DNA of 63,516 nucleotides, the filler included, from Bipalium vagum (lineage: Eukaryota), in NCBI GenBank assembly GCA_037834085.1. It is 3 parts of 3 records of this genome, joined end to end, with 100 filler letters (N's around TTAATTAATTAA, not from the genome) between each part and the next. Parts side by side here need not be neighbours in the genome. Positions count along the whole stretch, not along the records: positions 38,290 to 63,516 come from JBBMKC010195941.1; 2 more parts are not named here. The stretch is one strand, 5' to 3'. Within the stretch, counting starts at the first letter, position 1; every line of letters starts with the position of its first letter. Shown piece after piece: positions 51,606 to 63,516 of this stretch. A model generated the notes under the pieces. That model was not told where the DNA came from. It saw only the letters and a list, made by a program, of their open reading frames with translations, and searched no databases. The translations under genes and the position numbers were made by a program.

Positions 51606-52949
51606 ATCAGTACCATTATTGTTATTATTATTCTTTATTTCCTTATCATTTATTTTCCACTATGTCCTATTTTACATGTATGAATGTCTATTCTTCTAAG
51701 AACACCAGATGAAATCTTTCATGGGATCATAATTTCATTTTACTGTTATCCAATATAATAATACGGACATTATTCATACAAACTAAATTAATAAGAAAAA
51801 AATGATCTCTTTTAATTTGAACCCCTTGGGAATGTAATATCTGTGATGAAATTAAAAAAATATATTTCCTAAATTTTTTGAAGCTTAAAATTTAAAATGT
51901 TAATATTTCGTTTCGTTATGAAATAATCAATGTCAACTTTTATATTATTAATGATTATTGATAACAATGGAGCACTATCAATGTTGTACTAATTTTCCAC
52001 AACGGTTTGAAAGATATTGACATTGTGTGATACGATGAGGTGGGGGGGGGTGGAATAATATATCAAAGTCTCGTTATAAATATTATTCTGTATTTGCTTT
52101 ACAAAGTCTAACCAATATTTGTAAAATATTTTTAACTGAATAAAACTAATTCATTGTTGTAGTTGAATGTCTAATTATTGAACAACAATGGATCTGAATG
52201 ATACACGAATCTTAATGAATAGTGAGAGTTCTCTGAAAGGAAGGAAAGGAAACAAATAGATCTCTCTATGAGCTATAACTCATTGTTTATTTATCTGTCT
52301 TGTTTGTTTTCCAATTAAATCTTTAGTATTATAAAAACAAATTGATTTCATTTTTATGATACTTTGTTTTAGTTAATATTAAATCGAAATTGCAAGTTGC
52401 ATAAATATCATTGAAAATTTTTGAAAATTCTTTTGTGGTTTTTTTTAATGTTAAATTTAGGATTATGTTTTTCTCCTCACAAATATTTTTAGTTTGTTTT
52501 AACTTATCAATTTTTTCAAAATATTTTTTTGATCCATAAAATTTTTAAGCATGGATAATTTTTTATAAATGTAACCCAACCTCATCCAATAAAAAATATA
52601 CCCTTATTAAAACAAATCAGTCTGTTTTTGCCTTATTTTCATGTCTCTAAGCTAAACTTTAAAGCCAACCATCGTATAGAGTCCTTTTTTGTTTTCATTC
52701 CTGGAGATATGACTCTAAAACCGTTTTATTTACCCCTTTTAATGTTTTTACAATTGTTTTCAGACATCCACAGTTTGATTCGATTCTTTGAGTATTCGTA
52801 TCTGGTTCAGGATTCACAAAATGTAACTTGTGATTAAAAATCTTTTGCATATATTTTTTGCTTTTAGCCAAATATTTTAGAATAAGCTTTCTATTTATTA
52901 CTCATTAACACCCTATAAATAAAAAATGAAACTTTTTAAAAGTTTAATA

Positions 52950-53965
52950 AGTAATAAGTGAATTAAGATATTATAAAGCGGTAAAAAGATTGGAGGTCCT
53001 AATAAAATCCTTTGTTTATACAAAACAGTTAAATTTTTTGTTGAACCAAAATCTGGGTATATAGTCTAGTCTATGATAAACCTCTGTCTTGTATATTCTT
53101 CAGATCCATTTTTAAAGCAATAACATGGTTTTTGTTTAAGATTCTAGAATTTTGGGATCTCCAATTCTTATTATATACAGCTCGCTTCAAATCTGCTCAA
53201 AAATCTTCTATTGGCCGCGCTTCAGGAATATTTGCCGAGTTATTCAAATTTTCAACAAAATTCACATTTTCATCTCCAAGCTACTTCTGGACCTCTTTTG
53301 TGTAGTGGATGATGAGATGAAGGTAGATCAGGCCAAAATACGTCATTATCGTGTTTCTTGATGAGTGGCATTAACCGACACTTAATGCATTCATTAAGGT
53401 ACAAATTTTGATTAATTGTTTGCTTTGACGGCACAAAAATGGGTTTGAAACCTTTAAAATGAAAAAGCTATCCATACAAATACTTTTTCTTCATAATTGG
53501 ACTTTAATTGATGTTTAACATGATCCGAAGTGGTTTTCACTTCATTCAAATAATGGCAATTTCAGCCAGTGTACTGCTGGATAACGTAAAATAAGAGTCA
53601 TCATCCAACATATAAATATAAAAACAATTTTTGTAGGTATTGTAAAGATTTTGGTACTTAGGCCTCATTTGTTTCACCTGTAATGGTGATCGTTTCAGTT
53701 TTGTACTTTTCTTAAACCACCGGATCTCTGTATGTTTCTTTAACATCATTGAAGTGTATGACTGAGAACATGTCATAGTCTTAGCAACCGATTTTTGACA
53801 AACCGATTTTAATAAAACTGATATATTTATCTTACTTCTATTATACATGATTTTAAAGATCTGGATTTGCTTAATAAGGTAAAATAAGTCATTTAAACAA
53901 TGTGTGTTATTGCATTAATGTTATTTAAGTTTTTAAAAAGTCCCATTTTTTATGTTTAGGGTGTT
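52950..53965 (-). mobile_element. Decayed Tc1-like element
   Basis: LDDDSYFTL, FWPDLPSSH and PIEDF-like motifs on the minus strand. Confidence 0.65.
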
Positions 53966-55676
53966 ATTGACTCTTTCAGAAATACAGCCTTTATGATGAA
54001 CAGTAAAGTGGATTCACTTCGGTTTTGACGAATTAAAAAAATATTTTGGCTTTATCAGAGTGATCAGGGGAAAAATAACAGCACGTAAATATTTATTTAT
54101 TATTTATAATTTTATATTTATATATTTATGTAATGTGTAACTATCAAAAAAGAAATTCTAAAAATTGATTGGTTTTTAATAGAAAATATTTAGAAGGGAT
54201 GAGGAATTAATTTTTATTAATTAAAGAAATTGAAATTTTTAAAATCTTTTTAATAAAATAAGAAATCATTTAGAAAAAATATAAAATATTCACTAAAATT
54301 AAAAACAAAATAAATAATTTAATAAAATATTTTCCAATAAAAAATCCATTTTGACATAAGGTAAAAATATAAAATAAAATATAAATAAAAATTTATAATA
54401 ATAATAATAATAATAAGTTATGGAAAAAAAATAATTTCAATATCGAAGGGTGAATTAAAATTCTACTAAAATTCTTTTTCCTAGACGAAGGAAATAGAAT
54501 TGTGAAAGTGCCATTAAAATATTCTCATTAAATTAATAATAATAATAATAGTATTAAATGTAATACTTACATTACTGTTTGAATTATGTTGAAAAATAAA
54601 CCTCGCGTAATTATTTTCAAAAAATAAATAAATTTTTCAAAAGTTTTTTTTATTAATATCCAACGTTATAATTCGGGGAATTGCCAAAAACCGTTCCTCT
54701 ATCGCACAGATTTCTTTGAATTAATTTATAAATGTTTTCTGGAAAATATCACAAAAGAGTTCCATTTACTTCTAATTTCTATCATGAAGGCGGTAATAAA
54801 ATTTCTTTTCCAGGAAATTTGTACGTGAGAAAATTGAGTTTCATAGAGTTTCTTTTATCGTAGAAAAGACTGAAAGAATTTTTCGATTCTTACTTATTTA
54901 AATAAATAAGATTTTTTACTAAAAAATTCCTTACAGTATTCCCTGGAGACCTTGGTTATTCTTGCTTGGATTTCCTAATTGAACATACTTGCAATAACAT
55001 TCTGCCTTTTTGAAGGTTGGCGGTAAGCAAAAGAAAGGTTTCAACTGAATACTGATTTCGGTAGATTATTATATGATTAAATGAACTCATTGTCCCCATA
55101 AAAATATATTGCCAGGATGTACCAGATAATTTCGGTTTTACTGAGAGCTGTAAATATCATAGTAAACTTCGTCAACTACATTCGTGCATAAAAAGGTTGC
55201 TAAATGAGATAATGTGTTTTTCTATGGATTCTGTCTATTACATGTTATTTCCTCCAGTGTTTCAGAACCAGCGATTCAAAGTTTAAGAGGATAAGCTCTG
55301 CTCCATTTCACCAACATTTTAATGGTTGTGCCCAACATGTAGAGGGAAAGTTTAGCTAATTCTAATCCATTTCCTATTAGGATTAAATTCGACAAGATAT
55401 TGATGGAGTGAATAATTGGTCTAAATATTACATTTATAATTATGGTAACTGTTATGAAGAAAGTATTAAAAGTTATGTCGGGAAAATTAATTAATAAATT
55501 AATTAATTAATACTTATATGTAGATTTTAAAATATATAAAAATAGAAACACAGTAAAGATTTGTGCGCAATGTATTCTCAAAAGATTGAAATTTGTGAAT
55601 TCGGTTTATAATTAACACTTAAATTTAACATACCAAATGGAACCGAAAAAAATAACGAAAACTATGAAGAACATAT

Positions 55677-55940
55677 TTATTTAAGCAGTAAAATATTCCC
55701 AAATGATTTTCTTGCGTGGTCTCCATCAAAATCGAATTCTTCAATAATTAAGTTGCTTTCTGCATCATCAATAGCAATGTTTAAGTTTTTGATAACATCA
55801 TGGGTACTAATTTGAGGGTTGAAGCTGTCATCAATTTGATATGTTTCGGTACAATGAATTTCCTTATATTTTCCCTCTTGATGATGTTTCAAGAAACACC
55901 ATGACCTCCCAATGACCATTGGGTGATTCTTAATCCCCAT
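55677..55940 (-). CDS. Possible exon or pseudogene fragment of an unknown gene
   Basis: 87 aa ORF with protein-like composition in a GC-richer island (about 54930-56620) carrying splice-like signals; no family recognised and no consistent spliced model found. Confidence 0.25.
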   Translation of the reverse strand: MGIKNHPMVIGRSWCFLKHHQEGKYKEIHCTETYQIDDSFNPQISTHDVIKNLNIAIDDAESNLIIEEFDFDGDHARKSFGNILLLK

Positions 55941-57049
55941 TTTTAAATCAGTAATATTAATATAATAAGATCAATAATTCCATTTAAATGTAGAACCTAT
56001 TTCTTTCTATAAACATTTTTAGTGTTTTGATTACATTTTGATTTTATGGGTTTACCATAGCATTGGTGTTGGGTGGAAAGAAATAAACTAATGCTTTTCC
56101 AAAATCGAATTTTAATTAGTTTTCCTGAAATTTGAGGTAACAATATTAAGAAAGAGCACAGCGGTTGGAGGTAATACTTTCGTTTATAAGTACTTTCTTT
56201 CCTCTGATACGAAGGCATAATTAAATCTCTTTTTAAAGAATTCCCATGTCTGCCAAGCATCTATGAAACCGAGTAATGATCATAAGATAATATAACATTT
56301 TTTTAAAAATCGCAGTTTGAAGAATCTCGATTTATTCAATGATTCTTTATTAAGAAAACACAACTTCTCAAAAGACCCAGAAAATGATCTGTTATTTAAC
56401 GATTTTGTTTTTAATGTTAGAACGTCTTTTTATAATAAATTTTAAGACTTATGAAATGGCATAAAACTTTCCTGGAAAAACCTTTGAATGGTACATAATC
56501 ACAAACCAAACTTGTGATATCCTGTTAACGATGACTTAAACACTGTAATTGATCATTTGGTTAAAATAATCAGAAATAAAATTTATTACTTACCACGGGA
56601 CCTTGTGTTTTCAGGGTTATTTTGAATATGTGTTATTTATCTTATTGAAAAAATCAATGTTTAAGGAAATTTATTTTTACAAATGAATATAATAAGTGCA
56701 AATATCATTAAATACACTAACAGAGACATTTCAAGAATTCGATTTCAGAAGCTGATAGGTAACCATCAAGGATGATTTTTGAAGAATTTGCAGTGATTAA
56801 ATATGATTAACTATTGAAAGATCAACTTAGGAGGATTCAGATAGATTAATTACACATAAAAATGATGTGTAAAACGTGAATTTAACTACAAATGAAATGT
56901 TAGGGAAAAGAAAACTGAATTTTAAAAATATAGGGTACGATGATAAATGTTTCCTTCAAAGAGATAAGTAAAAACCTTACCTTCACCTCCATATTGAAAC
57001 ATAAAGAATCAAAAGTAGAGCTTCTGAAAAACAGATGATTAACGTCTTA

Positions 57050-57701
57050 CTATAATAAAAACCGGTGCTATAAGCTGCTTTACTGTTTTAAAAAATATAT
57101 AATAATAATAAATATTTAAAACTATGTTTTCATTTATTATAATAATGTTTCAGAAATATAAGAGCCTCTAAGGATATATCTAACAAGGAAAATCTTATCT
57201 TTGTACAGAAGTTTGCTGAGACTTCGCTCGAATCTTTCAGTCACTAAGTCAACGATGACTTCGTGAAGTTATTTTTATAACCAAAGAATTGGAAAAATCT
57301 GTTCTCTTTTTGCATTCACCTTAATCTGTAATCCCAGTTTAATCTGAAGGATTGTTAAAGGACATTCCATGTAATGGAATTTTTTTTTAATGTTGCTGTT
57401 GAATTTCCCGCGTTTTTGATGACTTTGTTACAATGATGGCATTGACTCTCTAATTGTTTTTAATTGGGATTTTTCCTTTTTTTCGCATAATCCCAAACTG
57501 AAAACATTACTTAAATTTTGACGAAGTTAAATAAGATCAACAAATTAATTTCACTTTTAAATGATTTCAAATAATAAACAAATTAAAACAAATATTTAAC
57601 TAGTTAAAAAACAGTATTTAAAAAGAGCTGTTTACTGTGTTCTTATTCTTAACAAAAACAGCTGTTTCACTGTTTCTGTTTAACAGCAACCGGAATCCCT
57701 A
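57050..57701 (-). mobile_element. hAT transposon 5' remnant with BED zinc finger
   Basis: End TAGGGATTCCGGTT, reiterated AACAG subterminal motifs, and translation SVWDYAKK...QCHHCNKVIKNAGNSTATLKK (BED finger). Confidence 0.7.
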
Positions 57702-58528
57702 TTTAAACGTTTAATTTAAATCGTTATTTTCTTAAAAAATAATTAAATAAGAAAAATAAATTTTTTAAATTTCAAAACTGCCCAAAAGAAAAATTTTTGC
57801 TACGGAAAAACTCATTTTATAAATTATTAAAATAAAATATTGTGAAAATCATAGCATAATTATAAATCTCATTAGAAAGAATTATTTAAATCTCGAACAA
57901 AATAACATTTACTGATCTCGTCTTAGATTTCAAGACCGATAATGAATCTGTAAGCTCTCGAGTCTCACGAATCTATGGCTACAAACGATCATATTTGATA
58001 ATTATTTTTGTTTTACTAATATTTTAAAATGTTAATTATTAGCCATACTTTTGTTTTATTGCATTAACGATTTTAAATTTTCAATAATTCCCATTTAAAT
58101 CATTTTCTTATTATTATAAAATATAATTAAATATAAATTATCGATTCATTGTACCAACTCGCTTCCGAAGAAATTAATGAGAATGGTCAAATATCAATAA
58201 TATGTCTAATATAATATTAATATTGATCAGTGAAAATGGAAAAAAAATGTTTTCAAAATTTCGAATGAAAATAAGAACAATTAAAACAATGAGAAAATTA
58301 AAAAATAAAAAAAATTTGTAAACAAGTATTTTCAATTTCTCAACAATAAAATTTTACTTTGAACATGGGACTTCTTTCAAAGTGTTATTTTCTATATATT
58401 ATTACACTATTTACAATTTTATTCTATTAAATTTGAGGGTAATACTTAGATAATTATAATTATTAACATTTAATTTTTAAAAAATATATTTATGGATCAA
58501 TTTATGAAGAATATATGATATATGTACA

Positions 58529-58661
58529 TAATAATTATTATTAACTTTAATAATAAAAATAATAATTATTATTATATTTAATAATAAAAAATTATTATTA
58601 TTAACTTTAATAATAAAAATAATAATTATTATTAACTTTAATAATAAAAATAATAATTATT
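58529..58661. repeat. About 4 copies of a ~31-bp AT-rich minisatellite
   Basis: Unit AATAATTATTATTAACTTTAATAATAAAAAT repeated with minor changes. Confidence 0.85.
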
Positions 58662-59290
58662 TTTAAGGCTAATATAAAATAATTTTTAATTTGTAAAGAG
58701 AATTTGTAAATGTTCTCAAATATTTATTTAATAATATTGAAAATATTTATATAAATATTTATAAAATATTTATTTTTAAAATATAAATATTTATTTTTAA
58801 AATATAAATATTTATTAAAAATTTATTAAAAAATATTTTTCTCAGAAAAGCGTACAATGTTAAAAGGCATTTTCAGAATTTATTTCCAACATTCACCCAA
58901 CGATAATAAAAAAAATTAAATAAAGAAAAAGGAAAAAAAATAATATTGAATTAAAAATTGCAATAAATATTTTATAAATAATTTATTTTTATACGATTGG
59001 TAAATTTCATTCTTCTTCAGAATATTGAAAAAAAAATAAAATAATTTATTATTATTATTAATAATACTCTGATGAAAATTGCTACTGACAGAATTAATTA
59101 AAAAAATACAGTGGAAAATAAATAGTTTAATAAAATGAAAAATGTGTTTATTTATTTATTTTTTTTTTCAAAAATTTTTGCTGTGTCAAATTAAAATTGA
59201 TTATTATTTATTGCATGATAAAACAAAGCCGACAAATAATACGTTTAAAAACAAAAAAAACGTGAGGCATTTACTAAAAATTAATTTTAC

Positions 59291-59716
59291 ACATTGGCGT
59301 CCATCCAACATGATGGTAATTGGATGTGATAATCGGACAACTGTTGGGGTCCAGACAGACGGGAAGATTCTGCAATATCCATCTGACACTACTTCGTCTT
59401 CTGATGTCATTTTTGATAATCCGGCCCATCGCCTCCTACAAATATTTTGCTTGCAAAACCGTAAGAAATTATTAAATTAAAAATCTCAAACTCACGATTT
59501 ACGGTTGGTCAGTGCCATCTTCCAATTAAAGTTTCTCGTTGTTATTATAGTGTCACTATCCTGATACGATTTAATAAAATCTGATAAATTAAAACAAACC
59601 TTTTCTTATTGGTGGACTTTAGAGCTGGGATTTGTGATTGCACATGATTTAATTGCCAAAATCTGGGAATAGATCAACTTTTTTTATACATGTCTTGAAT
59701 ACGGCCTTTTCTGCAG
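59291..59716 (-). CDS. Candidate multi-exon gene fragment, unknown product
   Basis: GC-richer blocks split by AT-rich GT-AG segments; splicing the GTGAGT donor near 59495 to the TTGTAG acceptor near 59437 gives in-frame DSDTIITTRNFNWKMALTNRKS-RRWAGLSKMTSEDEVVSDGYCRIFPSVW...; upstream exons not resolved. Confidence 0.35.
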
Positions 59717-62064
59717 TGTCGAACAATAATCAACCAGGGTATCGTTTCTCTTTTCATTTTTATTTTATTTATTTATATTTTCACGAGACTCGAGTACTAT
59801 TTAGAAAAAGAAATGATTAAAATTAGACATTTTTATTTTAGTTTTTTATTAAAAAAAATTTTCTCATCAGATATTCATAAAAAAATTATTATTTTACAAT
59901 TTATTAAAAATAATATTTTTCAGTTTCAAATTGATAATATTATTTGACGTAAATTTTTTATTAATTTTAATAAATTTATTTATGAATATAAAAATTATTA
60001 ATAGCAAATGATAAATTAATAATAACTTTTTACAAAATGTGTTTATGTTTAAATTACTTTCCAAGTGATAAAAATATTTTTAAAATTATTTATTTTATTT
60101 CATTTTAATATTCTAAATAATTATTTAATTATAATCAATCGTTTGGGTTTAAAACATTTTTAGATAATTATGAATTGTTTGTTTAAAGTAAAACCATCGA
60201 TTACACATTAGAAATATTATCAGAAAATTATATTTATTTTTCATTATACTTTATAAAAACCAATAATAATTTATTTAATAATTTCTGATAAAATATGAAA
60301 GGTTACAAGAGAATTTCGTGGATCATAAATAATATTCAATTATCTTCCTTTTTCTCTCAGATGGCTTCCTTTTCTTGTTCGTCAATAAACTATTGGAACC
60401 TTTTAATTACAATATTATAATTGACATTTTCTAGACATACTGATGTACTGAAAAATCCTGTTTTGTTTATCTAGATCAATATTGACACTTACCATATTTT
60501 ACCGTCAAAATTTATGATAAACTTATAAAATAATTACTGGAAAATCTTTGAAATATACTTTCAAAGATTTCCTCTGATTGTCTTTCTCGATTTTCTTAGA
60601 GTATTTGCTTTTATTGATATTGAAATAGTTAAATATTTTTTTTATAAATAATATATTATAAAAATAAATAAAAATAATTTTTTTCTGAAGTTATTTAATT
60701 TATAGATATATTTTTTAAAATTTTAAACAATACTTTCATGATTTGAATAATAATAATTATTATTAATAATTAAAATTAATAAAAATAATAATATTTTTTA
60801 TACTATTATAATAGTAGTATAAAAATATTTTATATCTTTGAAAATTTCTTCACTTACAATAAGCTCTAATTTTTTAATTTTTTATTTTATTTTATTCAAT
60901 AAATAAAGAAAAATATTATTAAAGAAATGTTTTTGAAACAATTATTCAATAAATGTGTATTTTTAAATATTTTATTTTGTTTCTCAAAATTTTTTTATTT
61001 TTATTTTATTTTATTTCTCAATATTTTATATATATTTAATATATAATAATTTCTTTTACATTTTTGAAAAATATTTTTTAATTTTATAATAATTAATAAA
61101 TAAAAATCATTAAATATTTTTATGGAAAACGTACTCAATAAATATATTCTTCTCAATATATATATATAATCGATTTTTATTTTTAGAAAATATTAATTTA
61201 AACAATTTATTCATAATTATTAATTATAATAATTACCTGTCTAAATTCATTATTAATATAAGGCAAAACATCGTTAGATGTATTTTAGCAAAACAATAAT
61301 TGCAATTTTATTCTTACAAAAAACATTTACAAATAGAAAACTGTAGTGAACTTCATATTTTTTTCACAAAGATATAAACAAAACTAAATTAGTTTTAATT
61401 AAATAGTCGAAATATAATTTTTTTTCTTATGTAAAATTTGGAAATATATTTTTTAAAATTTTAGAAATTTTCATTATTTTAAATATCCTCTCTGCGATAA
61501 ATTAAAATTTCCATTAAGAATCTATTATAAATTAAAATACATAACCTTTTAAAATTTAAGTGCAAATAAATTTTAGAAAAAATTAATTAATAAGAAATTA
61601 ATTTTTTAATGAATTTTGCTCATTGTTTAATTACTTTCTAGATAATTTTATGAGCACTCGTTCGAAAAAAGAGAACCTTTACAAACGTTATTTATGTTTG
61701 ATAAAATGATAATTTTATAAGACTCATTTAAACAACAACAACAAAAATCGAAAATATTTCGGAAATATAAATAATAAATTATAATTTTATAATTAATACA
61801 ATTCCGAACAAGCAAATAGTTGCCTAAATTGTCATAAAAGATGATGTGTATTTCGAATGAAGAATTGTATAATTAATTCGGTTATTCACATTAATTAATA
61901 ATGAACAATAATTATTTATAATTGTAAAGGATAATTATCCCAATAAACATTTCTTAATCACATTATGATTAGAAAATAATTATTAAATATTAACAAGGTA
62001 ATTAAATTATATTATTTTATCAATTAATTTTTAGCTTTAGGTTTAGTATTCATATTAGTAATAT

Positions 62065-62199
62065 NNNNNNNNNNNNNNNNNNNNNNNNNNNNNNNNNNNN
62101 NNNNNNNNNNNNNNNNNNNNNNNNNNNNNNNNNNNNNNNNNNNNNNNNNNNNNNNNNNNNNNNNNNNNNNNNNNNNNNNNNNNNNNNNNNNNNNNNNNN
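62065..62199. other. Assembly gap
   Basis: Run of N. Confidence 0.98.
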
Positions 62200-62639
62200 A
62201 AAAATTTTGACGATTTTTCTAACAATAAATAATTTTTTTATACAGAGCTTTCAAAAAATTAAAAACTTTTATTTAAACAAATTTTATAAAACCGTATACA
62301 ATTATATACAAAATGTATAAATATTTTGAAAAATCGCATAAAAAAAAGTATGGTTTCATTAAAAAAAAAACCGCATAACTTCAAAATCGCATAAAAAGGG
62401 ATTTGTGTATACAGTTTTATTTTATTGATAATCAATTTACGGAAATATTCCACGCAAATGTGTTTTCATTGAAAAAATCAACAGATTTATTAAAACAAAA
62501 ATTAAATTTTTTTTCAACTTTATTCTTTACTCTAATTCTGATTGATGGAAAAAATGAAAAGTTTCTGGAAAGATGTGAAACATCATTCATAAGAAAATAA
62601 TTAGAATTTATTAAAAGAATTATTAAAGAAAGAAATAAC

Positions 62640-63200
62640 AATTGTCACTGCTTTTGCTGCTTCACTGTTTCCGTATTGGTAGCTGTAGCAGATCTCCTTT
62701 ACTTGGAGGTAATTCAAAGCGAGCTGCAAATCTGATATTCCTTTTTACTTTTTATTGATAAAAATGTACTGATATATTTGTCGAAGAAATCCGAGAAAAA
62801 TTTTGACTCCACTCTCTCAATGTAAATATATTTTAATGTTTGTCGAAAATTTCCTAAGATTATGGAAAGATTTAATCAAAAGACACTGAGGAGTGCAGAT
62901 AAATGGATATTGGGATTATTATTTTTAATTAAAATTAAGACAAAAATATAAAAAATATTATTAAAAATAAGATTTTTTCTAAAATAAGATTTGTCGTGAA
63001 AAAATGAAGGGTTTATTAATGTATAAATATCTTAATTTCGAAGACAACAAAATCGTTCCCGACATTTCAATTTTTAATCGTGAAGAAATTTCTTTTTGTG
63101 GAATAACACTTTTTCAGCCAGCTTCACGTTCTCTGGAACCACAGATGTACAAGATGTCAAGCATGTGTCGTCTTTTGCAAAATGAAAAGAAATCAGTCAA
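62640..63200 (-). mobile_element. Weak Tc1/mariner N-terminal remnants
   Basis: FAARFELPPSK..TATNTETVK and TSVVPENVKLAEK segments resemble transposase HTH linkers. Confidence 0.35.
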
Positions 63201-63516
63201 AAATTTCTTCATAAGTAAATAATATTTCGATATTGATATCTTTTCGATTTCCAGCTTAAACGATTTGTTTTATTTTTCTTCAAAAAGGAATAAATCATTT
63301 TAAGCATGGAGCCTTGTTTGTACAAGGGTAGATATCCATAGTGTGGGATATGATTTCTTCATTTTTTTCATTTCAACTAAATTTAGTAAAAATCCCGGTT
63401 TCTTCGATGAAGCTTTTTTATTCTCTTTTTTTTAATCAATTTTCAATTAAATATTAACTTAATTTTTCATCATTATTGTTTGATAAGAGTAATAATAATA
63501 CTAAGAATAATAATAA

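Noticed and set aside
52039-52053. G-run GGTGGGGGGGGGTGG as a G-quadruplex or polypurine tract
   Set aside because: Single short run with no adjoining LTR evidence

Overview
Very AT-rich eukaryotic (animal) scaffold segment with four assembly gaps. The short 44-69 nt introns, (AAT)n microsatellites and dense Tc1/mariner debris are compatible with a triclad flatworm, but that is inference only. Host genes: an intronless LRR-Ig-transmembrane receptor (1589-3673, -), an MDM1-family microtubule/centriole protein (12950-14824, -), a small orphan single-pass membrane protein (20106-20588, -), and six hand-spliced exons of an ABCC/MRP transporter (38972-40695, +) that the ORF track largely misses. 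Most of the rest is decayed transposons: about 20 mariner/Tc1 remnants, a full-length Tigger/pogo with intact TIRs, a decayed Gypsy gag-pol, Merlin and hAT fragments, a hAT MITE and a probable solo LTR. The most striking object is a ~240 bp element at 12482-12720. It reads tRNA 3' half (B box), LTR end TGACA, tRNA-Arg-type primer-binding site, 144 bp non-coding core, purine tract, LTR start TGTGA, tRNA 5' half (A box). This fits a miniature LTR retrotransposon (TRIM) whose LTR is a tRNA-like Pol III gene set in a hairpin. Boundaries of decayed elements are approximate.
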